From: an uncultured virus (IMG/VR IMGVR_UViG_3300032286_001748)
Taxonomy: Duplodnaviria > Heunggongvirae > Uroviricota > Caudoviricetes
IMG/VR virus record: IMGVR_UViG_3300032286_001748
DNA length: 64,000 nt
Direction: 5' to 3' (one strand)
The notes under the pieces were generated by a model that worked only from the letters and a program-made list of their open reading frames with translations, had not been told where the DNA came from and ran no database searches. The translations under genes and the position numbers were made by a program. Shown here one piece after another: positions 9,841 through 18,097 of this stretch (position 1 is its first letter; every line of letters starts with the position of its first letter).

Positions 9841-10165
9841 CGAGTCCCGCCCCCTCTCCGTCTCCGAGGACAGCGCGATTGCGATCCCGCTGCGGAACCT
9901 GCTCTCGCTTCTCGGTGCGGTGGCGGCAGCGGTCTGGGGCTACTCGGAGCTGGAGGGTCGGATCACGACGCTGGAGAACCGGATCCAGATGATCGAGGAG
10001 GATGTGGGGCGCATGGAACAGGGCACGCGGGACGCGGCGACCGGCATCGACCCGTGGGCCACCGATGTCGAGCAGACGACCCGGATCGATCGGGCCGAGT
10101 CTGACATCAAGCGCATCGAAGAGCTGTACCTACAGGCCATCAACGACAAGGAGTGTCACCTATGA
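9833..10165 (+). CDS. TM plus coiled-coil protein of the lysis region
   Basis: IAIPLRNLLSLLGAVAAAVWGYSELEGRITTLE; GTG 9833. Confidence 0.6.
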   Translation: MSDESRPLSVSEDSAIAIPLRNLLSLLGAVAAAVWGYSELEGRITTLENRIQMIEEDVGRMEQGTRDAATGIDPWATDVEQTTRIDRAESDIKRIEELYLQAINDKECHL

Positions 10166-10614
10166 ACCTCAGCCCCCACTTCACCTTCGAGGAACTGACC
10201 CGCACCAGCCAGACGGCGCTGCAGGCCACGAACCGCGCGGAGGCGCAGGCCTTCCTCCCGTCGCTCACCGAGCTGGCCGCGTTGCTGGAGGTCATCCGGG
10301 TCCACTTCGGGAAGCCTCTGAAGATCAACTCGGGCTTCCGGGGCGCGTCCGTCAACGCAGGCACCCCCGGCGCGAGCAAGACCAGCCAGCACATGAAGGG
10401 CGAGGCGGCCGACATTGAGATCCCGGGCATCGACGACGCGGAACTGCACCGTTGGATCGTGAAGGACTCCGGCCTCCAGTTCGGCCAGTGCATCTTGGAG
10501 CGTCCGCCCGGCAAGTCGTGGGTTCACGTCTCCATCCGCGGCACCCGCGACCCCAAGTCCTGCCAGCAGGCCCTGACCTTCGACGGCACCCGCTACGCGC
10601 CGTGGAAGGGCTGA
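10162..10614 (+). CDS. endolysin, peptidase M15A family
   Basis: LSPHFTFEEL, INSGFR, SQHMKGEAADI, WVHVS zinc-peptidase motifs. Confidence 0.9.
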   Translation: MNLSPHFTFEELTRTSQTALQATNRAEAQAFLPSLTELAALLEVIRVHFGKPLKINSGFRGASVNAGTPGASKTSQHMKGEAADIEIPGIDDAELHRWIVKDSGLQFGQCILERPPGKSWVHVSIRGTRDPKSCQQALTFDGTRYAPWKG

Positions 10615-10618
10615 AACC

Positions 10619-10927
10619 ATGAAGCCCGAGCGCCACGCCCTTCTCCAGGCCCATCTCACGCCCGAGACGCTCCTCCAGCACGTCGATCTCGACGCGGCCC
10701 TCGCGGCCCCGGAGAGCGCGAACAAGACGCCAGAAGAGATCGCAGACGCCATCATCGACGCCATCGCGGCGGCCACGCCGTGGTCGGTGATCCTCCCGGG
10801 GATCGGGATCCTCATCGACGCCGTCGAGGCGAAGGTGGTGAAGGGCATCGCGCACGCGATCCTCGTCGCGACGGTGAAGAAGCGGGTCGAGGCCAGCGCG
10901 CCCTCGGATCCTCCCCCCGCGTCCTAA
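10619..10927 (+). CDS. hypothetical protein
   Basis: Follows endolysin; hydrophobic C-terminal half. Confidence 0.55.
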   Translation: MKPERHALLQAHLTPETLLQHVDLDAALAAPESANKTPEEIADAIIDAIAAATPWSVILPGIGILIDAVEAKVVKGIAHAILVATVKKRVEASAPSDPPPAS

Positions 10928-11133
10928 GCGGGATCGAGGGGCGCCTGGAGGTGCAGCTCCAGGGAGATCTCCCCGAGGAGCTGGGCGTAGAGCATCACGC
11001 GCTCCGGGTTGCGACCGTGGGCCTCCCTGAGTTTCGCGCGGAGGTGGCGCACGACGGCTTCGCGCTCGCGGAGCGCGCCGACCTCCTCGTCCACCTGGCG
11101 GCCGAACGCAGCGACGGCCTGCGGGGTGCTCAT
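10924..11133 (-). CDS. small hypothetical protein
   Basis: ATGA overlap; MSTPQAVAAF. Confidence 0.5.
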   Translation of the reverse strand: MSTPQAVAAFGRQVDEEVGALREREAVVRHLRAKLREAHGRNPERVMLYAQLLGEISLELHLQAPLDPA

Positions 11134-11396
11134 GCTTGACCCGGGTTGCGCCAGTGGAGGGTGGACAGGACGGCGGAGGGCGTCTCGTTGTAGGCCGCGA
11201 CATGCTGGGCGCTCCGCGCGGTCTGCGTGAAGGTCTGCGCGAGATCGGTCTCGCCGCGTGCGCGGAGGATCCCCGCCATCCAGGCGGTGTGGCACCAGAT
11301 CGGCCACGTCTCCATGCGCTTCTTCAAGAGCGTGGCGTTGATCCACGTCGGAACGTCTGCGAGGCTGCCCATCTGGTCGTCGTCGTCGTCGGTCAT
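11130..11396 (-). CDS. small hypothetical protein
   Basis: ATGA overlap with sigma gene stop; MTDDDDDQMG. Confidence 0.5.
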   Translation of the reverse strand: MTDDDDDQMGSLADVPTWINATLLKKRMETWPIWCHTAWMAGILRARGETDLAQTFTQTARSAQHVAAYNETPSAVLSTLHWRNPGQA

Positions 11397-12079
11397 GGGG
11401 TATCCGGGGTTCGGCAGAAGAAGTCGCGAAGGTGAACGATCTGTTCGTTTCGGATCTGGCGGATGCGCTCGCGGGAGAGCCGGTGGCGCGTCCCTACGGT
11501 CTGGAGCGAGCTGTCGTCGTCGAGGCCCGCGAGCAGCGCATCGCGAGAGAGCGCGGACATCCCGGTGAGGAACGCGTGGAGCTGCTCCAGGTCGGTCCCG
11601 TCCTCGTACGGCTCGACGGAGAGGTCGCCCAACGGGTCGTCGTCGTCCGTGCGCGACTCCAGCTCGCGCTTCCAGGGGTGGACCAGCCACGCGACCCGCT
11701 GCCGCTCCTCGTTGGTGAGGCCGCCCAGGTCCAGCGCCGGATCGAGCACGTCCTTCCCCCTCCCGACCCAGGTTCGCACCTTCTGCTCCACGTTCTTGGA
11801 GACGTGAATCCCATGCTCCGTTTCCCGCGACCGCAGGCAAAACCAGAGGGCGACCTTGATGACGCTTCCCTTGTCGGGGTCGACGTACAGCATCGCGCGA
11901 TGCAGCGCGATGCGGGCCTCGGAGAGGGTGTCATCGTCCACGCGGAAGAACACCCTTCGCGAGACGAAATAGGCGATGCCCGGGTTGCGAACGACCAACT
12001 CCCACGCGAACGCTGCGCGCTCCGTGGGATCTGCGATCTGTCGCAGCGTCTCAAGGTCGAGACGGAGGGCTTCACGCAT
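11393..12079 (-). CDS. phage sigma-70-family RNA polymerase sigma factor
   Basis: Region-2-like LVVRNPGIAYFVSRR..DTLSEARIALHRAMLYVDPDKG; region 4 SLQTVGTRHRLSRERIRQI. Confidence 0.8.
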   Translation of the reverse strand: MREALRLDLETLRQIADPTERAAFAWELVVRNPGIAYFVSRRVFFRVDDDTLSEARIALHRAMLYVDPDKGSVIKVALWFCLRSRETEHGIHVSKNVEQKVRTWVGRGKDVLDPALDLGGLTNEERQRVAWLVHPWKRELESRTDDDDPLGDLSVEPYEDGTDLEQLHAFLTGMSALSRDALLAGLDDDSSLQTVGTRHRLSRERIRQIRNEQIVHLRDFFCRTPDTP

Positions 12080-12175
12080 GGGGTCTCACACGGTCGAAAG
12101 GATGCTCGTCTCTCCGAGCCGTCACGTCAGTACCCTCACGCCTGCGACGTTCCGCGTTCCTCCTCTCGGAGCCCG

Positions 12176-12595
12176 TCACACGACCTCTTCATGGGCCGTG
12201 CGGACGGGTTTCCCGCTCTCCCAGCGGAACTGGATGATGCGCGCGCGGAGCACGGTTCCCATGTCATGGGCGCGCAAGGCCCCAGACACGAAGCGCTCGC
12301 GTTCCCCGCCGCATCCCGAAGAGATCTGTCCCGAGGGGAGCTGGAGGATCCACAACTCTCCTTGGGCGTAGCCCACCATCTGGGCGATGGCGCGGGTCGC
12401 GCGCAGCCCGCGCTCCCGCTCCTCCGGCACCTCGTCGCGGCCGTACAGGCCTGCGCTCACCTCGCGGTGGACGAGGAGGGGCGCGTACCCCTCCGAAACC
12501 GCCAGCTCGGCCAGCGCGACCGCGCGGCGCACGTTCTCCTCGATGGAGAGTCCCTCGTTGGGAGCGAACGGCGCGGCGACGTAGACGACAGACAT
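12176..12595 (-). CDS. DUF4406/nucleoside deoxyribosyltransferase-like fold protein
   Basis: VVYVAAPF..IEENVRRA...GYAPLLVH...ISSGCGGER. Confidence 0.6.
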   Translation of the reverse strand: MSVVYVAAPFAPNEGLSIEENVRRAVALAELAVSEGYAPLLVHREVSAGLYGRDEVPEERERGLRATRAIAQMVGYAQGELWILQLPSGQISSGCGGERERFVSGALRAHDMGTVLRARIIQFRWESGKPVRTAHEEVV

Positions 12596-12615
12596 GGACA
12601 ACCCGAAGATGACAC

Positions 12616-12645
12616 TCCCTATCCGGGGTGCCTGTCACTTGTCAA
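12616..12645 (-). promoter_or_regulatory. putative promoter, recurrent motif
   Basis: TTGACA-ag-TGACAGG...18 nt...TAGGGA. Confidence 0.55.
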
Positions 12646-12930
12646 GGTGTCTTCTTCGGGAACCGAGATGGCGTGCTGCGCGTCGGCCAGGCTCACCTCC
12701 AGCACGCAGCACATCGCCAGCAGATTCAGCCCGTTCGGGCGGCGCCGACCGGTCTCCCAGTGGCAGATGACGGACCCGTTGATCACGTTGCCGCCGTTGG
12801 CGTTGATCGCGGCGGCGAGCTGGTCTTGACTCAACGCCTTGGTCTTCCGGATCGTCCGGAGCCACGTCGGGAATCGGCCTGAGGCGAGCGCCAAACGCTC
12901 TTCCGAGGAGAGAGGCGGGGTGTAGGACAT
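12619..12930 (-). CDS. XRE-family HTH regulator
   Basis: LRTIRKTKALSQDQLAAAI...VICHWETGRRRP. Confidence 0.85.
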   Translation of the reverse strand: MSYTPPLSSEERLALASGRFPTWLRTIRKTKALSQDQLAAAINANGGNVINGSVICHWETGRRRPNGLNLLAMCCVLEVSLADAQHAISVPEEDTLTSDRHPG

Positions 12931-12935
12931 ACCCC

Positions 12936-12964
12936 CGTCTACTGGGTGGGGTGTCCGTTGTCAA
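12936..12964 (-). promoter_or_regulatory. putative promoter, possibly giving a leaderless mRNA
   Basis: TTGACA-ac-GGACA...17 nt...TAGACG ends 5 nt before ATG 12930. Confidence 0.6.
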
Positions 12965-12982
12965 GCGAGGGAGGCGGCCGCA

Positions 12983-14074
12983 TCACCTCGATCCCTGGAT
13001 CTTGGCGCGGAGGTAACGCTGCGCGCTGTTCACGCGGTCCGCGCCCGTCTCGACCTTGCTGTGGACCCACTGCGGGAGGTCGTCGTCGTCCCGCAGCATC
13101 TGACGCATCGCGTGCGCGTCCGTCTCGAGGTTGCGGAGCGTGTTGCGGAGCATCCGGCCTTCGTGCGCGTCGGAGGGCACCGACCCGTAGTCGAGGTTTC
13201 GGGCGCGTGAGCCCCGGTTGGAGCTGCCCATCGGGAGCACGAGGAGGGCCACGCCGGCCGCGCCCGCCACCGCGAGGGCGGGGAGGAGCCACGCGGGCAT
13301 CGCGTCCGGCGCGGGGGCGCCCGGCGTGGGAGCGTCCGGCTGGGCCGACGCCGTGGTCGGCTGGGTCAGCGCGGTCGAGGTGGGCCCCTCGTCCGTCGAT
13401 GCGGCGGGGGCCGGCGCGGCGGGCGCAGGGGCGGGTGCAGAGGCAGTGGCGGGGGCGGGCACCGCAGGAGGGGCCTTGAACCGTTCGAGGGCCTCCTTTA
13501 CCGTCTCCGTGGGCTTCACGAGGCGGGTCAGGTTGTCGGTTCCGCCGGCTTCCACCAGCTCCTGCCGAAGGACGGGGAGGCGCTTGAGCAGCGCTTCCTT
13601 GGCGTTTCGGGCGCTCTCGAGCTTCGCGCCGTTTCCCTTGGCGGTCGTCCAGTCCACCGCCTTGGTGTTGAGGAGGAACGGAACCTTCTTGAACACGTTG
13701 TTCCACTCTCCCCACGCACCCGGCTGCTCCCCCGTCTGGAGCGCCGTCTTCACGATGGCGGGGGCGAGGTCGTTCACGATCCGCGCGATGGCTTCGTCGT
13801 AGGGCGCAGCGTTGGCGGGGGTGTCGGTGGTGGTGTTGCTCCACGCGGAGTAGACCTTGCGCTGCGCGGCGCCCGCGTCCTGCAGGACGCGCACCGCGCC
13901 CCACACCGCGTCCGCGTAGCTCTGGATGCCCTGCTCCCAGCCCTTCTGGAGGGGACGATCTCCAAGGCTCCGCGCGAGCGTGGAGAGACCGCGCAGGGTC
14001 TCGAGTCGCTTTTCGATCGGGGCGTCGGCGGGGGTGAAGCCGTAACGGGAAGGAAGGGAGGGGACAGGGCGCAT
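12983..14074 (-). CDS. membrane-anchored protein with internal tag and C-terminal phage domain
   Basis: Ala/Pro linker, TM WLLPALAVAGAAGVALLVL, GSSNRGSRA, then HEGRM...LRDDDDLPQWVHSKV. Confidence 0.65.
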   Translation of the reverse strand: MRPVPSLPSRYGFTPADAPIEKRLETLRGLSTLARSLGDRPLQKGWEQGIQSYADAVWGAVRVLQDAGAAQRKVYSAWSNTTTDTPANAAPYDEAIARIVNDLAPAIVKTALQTGEQPGAWGEWNNVFKKVPFLLNTKAVDWTTAKGNGAKLESARNAKEALLKRLPVLRQELVEAGGTDNLTRLVKPTETVKEALERFKAPPAVPAPATASAPAPAPAAPAPAASTDEGPTSTALTQPTTASAQPDAPTPGAPAPDAMPAWLLPALAVAGAAGVALLVLPMGSSNRGSRARNLDYGSVPSDAHEGRMLRNTLRNLETDAHAMRQMLRDDDDLPQWVHSKVETGADRVNSAQRYLRAKIQGSR

Positions 14075-14082
14075 GGGGGGCC

Positions 14083-14943
14083 TCAGCGAGCGGAGAGGAG
14101 GGAGGACTTGCTGCCCTCGGCGTAGGAGTAGGTGGACCCCTCCCGCCCGAGGACGAGGTGGTCGAGGAGGGTGTAGCCTAAGATCTTCCCAGCCTGGGCC
14201 ACGCGATAGGTCGTGGTGTCGTCCGCAGACGAGGGCTCGGCCACGCCCGAGGGGTGGTTGTGAACGAGGATGAGGCTCTTCGCGCGGGTCTCGACCGCGG
14301 GGAGGAGGACCTCGCGCACGTCGATGAGGCTCTGGTCCACCGCGCCCACATGAAGCGTCCGGCTTGCGAGGAGTCGGTTCTGCCCGTCGAAGTAGAGGCC
14401 GACCACGCGCTCCTGCGGGCCGGCAGCGTACGCACGGGCCAGCGCGACGGCGTCGGAAGGAGAGGTGATCGCCCTCCCCGCGCCCTCGACCGCGCCCTTG
14501 AGCTGGGAGCGCCGCATCAGCTCGGCGGCGGCCAGAACCCGTGCGCGGGCCATGGGCGTGAAGCCGGGTCGGTCGATGAAGCCCTCGGCCCGCGCCACGC
14601 GGGCGAGGTTGCCGTTCACGTCCCGTAGAAGCGCGCTCGCAGCCTCCAGTGGGTCTGCCGTGGTCGTCCCTGCGAGCAGAACGGCGACGAGGTCGGTGTC
14701 GCTCGTCTCCCGCACATCGACGCGCAGGAAGGCCTCCGCGACCTCCGTGAGCGGGTCGGGCTTCGCCCGTCGCTTCGGGGCGCTTCGGTCGGCGCTCCCG
14801 GTGGTCGCGCGCGCCGCGTGCAGCGCGGCGCGGAGCTGCTCCAGCGATGCGTGGGAACGACTCCCGCGCGGCTCTGTCCGGATCGCGAGCGCGATGGCGC
14901 CGACGCCGAGGAGCGAGGGGATGATCCAGCCTCGGCTGTCCAT
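14083..14943 (-). CDS. radC: tagged RadC-like JAB domain protein
   Basis: Tag MDSRGWIIPSLLGVGAIALAIRTEPRGSRS; intact ILVHNHPSG.EPSSAD...LLDHLVLG. Confidence 0.85.
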   Translation of the reverse strand: MDSRGWIIPSLLGVGAIALAIRTEPRGSRSHASLEQLRAALHAARATTGSADRSAPKRRAKPDPLTEVAEAFLRVDVRETSDTDLVAVLLAGTTTADPLEAASALLRDVNGNLARVARAEGFIDRPGFTPMARARVLAAAELMRRSQLKGAVEGAGRAITSPSDAVALARAYAAGPQERVVGLYFDGQNRLLASRTLHVGAVDQSLIDVREVLLPAVETRAKSLILVHNHPSGVAEPSSADDTTTYRVAQAGKILGYTLLDHLVLGREGSTYSYAEGSKSSLLSAR

Positions 14944-15608
14944 CAGCCCCCCAGATCGATGGGCGCGATGCGCTCGATGAACAGGCCGCCGCCGGGACCG
15001 CCCTCGTCGGTCTTGAGCATGGCGTGGACGCTTGCGGCCCGGAACGGTCCGACGCTGTGCTTCGACGCGCGCCCCGTGCTGTCCACGAGCCGGAACGTGA
15101 CGGTGGGGACGCCGCGCTCGGTCGCGGTCAGGTGGACCTCGTAGACCTTCCCGGTCTCCATCCCCGTGAACGGCACCCGACCGATGACGCGCACGCGGTC
15201 TCCGGCGTTCAGCTCCCGCGGCTTCCGGGGCATCGCCCCGCTGCGGAAGCCATCGACGTAGTCCGCGAACAGGAACAGGGCGTCCGCGGCCCGCTCCATG
15301 CGCGCCTTCTCCTGGCGCTCCATCTGGTTGCGGGGCGCGGTGCGGCGCGCGGCGCGCTGGAGGTTGCCGGCGAGCGTCCGGTAGTGGGCGCGGGTCGGGG
15401 CCTCGTACGCATGATCGGGCAGGTACACCTCGGCGTAGCTCGACCACGCGCCCTCGGCGCCGTCTGCGATCTTCTCGTCCACCTCGAGGGTGATGCCGTC
15501 GAACACGGACATGCGGGTCGCGGCCGAGCCCTTCCGATCTGCGACCATACCAGCGGCCGCGAGGAGGGCCACGCCACCCAGAGCCAGGGGAACACCGATC
15601 TCAGACAT
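14943..15608 (-). CDS. tagged hypothetical protein
   Basis: Tag MSEIGVPLALGGVALLAAAGMVADRKGSAA. Confidence 0.75.
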   Translation of the reverse strand: MSEIGVPLALGGVALLAAAGMVADRKGSAATRMSVFDGITLEVDEKIADGAEGAWSSYAEVYLPDHAYEAPTRAHYRTLAGNLQRAARRTAPRNQMERQEKARMERAADALFLFADYVDGFRSGAMPRKPRELNAGDRVRVIGRVPFTGMETGKVYEVHLTATERGVPTVTFRLVDSTGRASKHSVGPFRAASVHAMLKTDEGGPGGGLFIERIAPIDLGG

Positions 15609-15659
15609 GGGGAGAGCCCTCGTTCCTCGTGCTATCCGGTCGCCGGAGCGCTGGCGAGA

Positions 15660-16064
15660 TCATCCCCTCGCCCGCCGCCACGCCCCCACCGTCCCGATGT
15701 CGGGGCGGCCGAGCAGCCCGGCCCGCGCCTCGCGCGCCGTCAGCCGGGTGAAGTACGCATGCCGGGGGTGCTCCGGGTCGAGCAGCTCCTCGCAGCGGTG
15801 ATACACCGGGCGTGTGTCACCCCGGTAGGCTCGGCGCGTCAGCGTCCGCCCGTCCCAGCGCACGCTCTCCACCAGCGCGGGGTGGTCGCACCGGTCGAAC
15901 GAGGTGGTGCGCCCGAGCATCACGTCGTCGGGGCCCACCCGGGCCACCGACCAGTCCAGATCGGACACCCGACGCGCCACCGCGGCGATGCGCCGACGCG
16001 CGGCCGCGTCGAGCTGGTGGAGCGCGGAGCGATGGACGTACTGCCGGGCGCCGACGCGCTTCAC
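15660..16064 (-). CDS. domain resembling part of the DNA phosphorothioation-associated putative methyltransferases
   Basis: GTG 16064; KRVGARQYVHRSAL and PVYHRCEELLDPEHPRHAYFTRLTAREARAGLLG..IGT..W. Confidence 0.6.
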   Translation of the reverse strand: MKRVGARQYVHRSALHQLDAAARRRIAAVARRVSDLDWSVARVGPDDVMLGRTTSFDRCDHPALVESVRWDGRTLTRRAYRGDTRPVYHRCEELLDPEHPRHAYFTRLTAREARAGLLGRPDIGTVGAWRRARG

Positions 16065-18097
16065 CCGCGCCGCCAGGCCCCGACCACCGATCCAGACAGG
16101 GCCGGCAGGCGGACGGGGGTGAAGCCGGGCCCCAGCACCGCGCGCACCTCGGCGGCGAGCTGATCTGCGGTGTAGCCCCGCTGGAACCGGTCGCGGGCGC
16201 CGTCCTCTCCGATGATCTGGTGCCCGTCGCCGTTCCGGCTCCAGCCCGCGACGGTCGCGGCCACCTCGGCCTGGGGGCGCACCGCGAGGACGAGGTGACC
16301 ACCGGGCTTGACGTAGGCCGATGCCTCGCGCAGCGCGGCGTGCCGCTCGGCCTTGGGCAGCACGTTGAGGACGTAGGTGGCCAGCACGGTGTCGAACCTG
16401 CCGGTGGGGCGCTTCCGCACCGCCGCGTCGGGGTGGTGGGGGTCGTAGGGGGTGGCGCGCAGCGCCTTGGCGTCGGCCCCGCGCCCGCTCCCGAAGTCGA
16501 GGAGCCGTCCCCGCAGAAGCTGGGGCGCATGGGCGCGCAGATGCTGCACCGGGGCCGAGGGCCCGGTGCGGGCCATGGCGGTCTGGTCGTAGCCCGAGGG
16601 GGCGATGACGTTGGGAGAGCCCGCAGCCCAGCCGCGCCCCGTGCTGCAACGCGCCCACACGTCGCGGTAGATCCACCCGTAGTCGAGGAGCCGCCCGTCG
16701 TCCGCGAGGTTCTGGGTGGTGAGGTCCTGGATGCCGCAGGCGTTGAGCGCGTGACGCGTGGCCTCGCTCATCCTTCCCTTGCCGGTGGCGCGGACCTGTT
16801 CCATCAAGATCCAAGGAGCGCCGCCCTCGACCTCGCCCTCGAGGACGGGGACGAGGTGGCGTCGGATCTGCTCCGGGGCGTCCTCCCAGACCTCGGTCTC
16901 CGTGCGATTGGCCTGTTCTCCCTCTCGGTCGAACGCGACCTTGAGCGCGCCTCCCGGCACGGAGAACACGATGCGCTGGGCCCCCGCGCCAAGGTAGGTA
17001 GCGCCGTGGGCGCGCGCCCAACGGCGGAAGGCGCGCTCCTCGTCGGGCTCGCGCTCCCAGTCGTGCTCGTCGTACCAGTGGCGGAAGGCTTCCACGAAGG
17101 CGTCGGTGTCGAAGGGGGTGTTGGCGCCCCCCTCGCGGGCCTTCTTGGTCTTGCGGGCGATGTTCGGGGGCTGGGGCGTGAACTGCTGGCCCCGCGCGAG
17201 CCCCGCCCGCTTCGCGCGCGTCGTCGCGCCGATCTCGGCGGGGGTGAGAAGGTCGAACGCCTCGGCGGGCAGATAGCGCTCGCCCGTCTCGAGGCTCTCG
17301 GCCCCGGAATAGGTGCGCCAGTCCTGCCGCGTCCAGCGCGCGAGCGCGTTGTCCGGGTCCTTCGGCCCGAGGTAGCCGCCGCCGCGCGCTGTGTAGAGCT
17401 GGACGGCCCGCTGGGCCTTCCGGGCACTCCACTGGCCCGGTCGTCCGCCCTTGTCGCTGGCGGTGACTTCAGCCTTCACGCGCTCCCAGAGGGCGGGGTC
17501 GGTGCGGGGGGTCGTGCGGGCGGCGCTTCCGGTCGGCGTGGGCGCCAGGTCGGCCATCTCGATCGCGGGGAGGTGGGTGATCCCAAGCCGGTGAGCCGCG
17601 AACAACCGGTGCCGCCCGTCTGCGAAGTGACCATCCCAGGTCACGATGGGGGAGATCGCGGGGCCAGGGTTTGGGCGTGGTCGACGGACGCCGCGGACGA
17701 ACTCGGTGTAGGGGGTCGACGCGAGGAGGCGGCGCGCGACCTCGACGGGGTCGGAGCGGAGTGACGCCGGCACCAGGCGCTCCATTTCGTCCGCGAGTCG
17801 GTCGACATGCGCGGGTCCCCGGTCGTCCCAGGCGTCGTGTGCTACGCTCCGGTACAGCGGCTCGACTGCGACGAGGTGGAGCGGAAGCCGGGCGGGGGGC
17901 GAGAAGGGCTCTCCGCTTGTCGCCTCGATCCCATACCGCTCCTCCATGAAGTCCCCGATCAACACCCGCATGTCGTGCGGGAGGTCGACGTACGCGAGGG
18001 AGGGCAGCGCAGTGGAGGCCGCGCTCCCCCGCTTTCGCACGGCCCCCGCGAGCGCGAGGCCCGCCACGAGACCGAGGGCGAGATCACGCCCGTTCAT
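16061..18097 (-). CDS. tagged polyvalent protein: ParB-like, DUF5872-like, kinase-like and SAM methyltransferase domains
   Basis: Tag MNGRDLALGLVAGLALAGAVRKRGSAA; ADGRHRL; KGGRPGQWSARKAQ; LGAGAQR..DLTTQN..LLDYG; LLDFGSGRGAD..YVLNVL. Confidence 0.8.
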   Translation of the reverse strand: MNGRDLALGLVAGLALAGAVRKRGSAASTALPSLAYVDLPHDMRVLIGDFMEERYGIEATSGEPFSPPARLPLHLVAVEPLYRSVAHDAWDDRGPAHVDRLADEMERLVPASLRSDPVEVARRLLASTPYTEFVRGVRRPRPNPGPAISPIVTWDGHFADGRHRLFAAHRLGITHLPAIEMADLAPTPTGSAARTTPRTDPALWERVKAEVTASDKGGRPGQWSARKAQRAVQLYTARGGGYLGPKDPDNALARWTRQDWRTYSGAESLETGERYLPAEAFDLLTPAEIGATTRAKRAGLARGQQFTPQPPNIARKTKKAREGGANTPFDTDAFVEAFRHWYDEHDWEREPDEERAFRRWARAHGATYLGAGAQRIVFSVPGGALKVAFDREGEQANRTETEVWEDAPEQIRRHLVPVLEGEVEGGAPWILMEQVRATGKGRMSEATRHALNACGIQDLTTQNLADDGRLLDYGWIYRDVWARCSTGRGWAAGSPNVIAPSGYDQTAMARTGPSAPVQHLRAHAPQLLRGRLLDFGSGRGADAKALRATPYDPHHPDAAVRKRPTGRFDTVLATYVLNVLPKAERHAALREASAYVKPGGHLVLAVRPQAEVAATVAGWSRNGDGHQIIGEDGARDRFQRGYTADQLAAEVRAVLGPGFTPVRLPALSGSVVGAWRRG

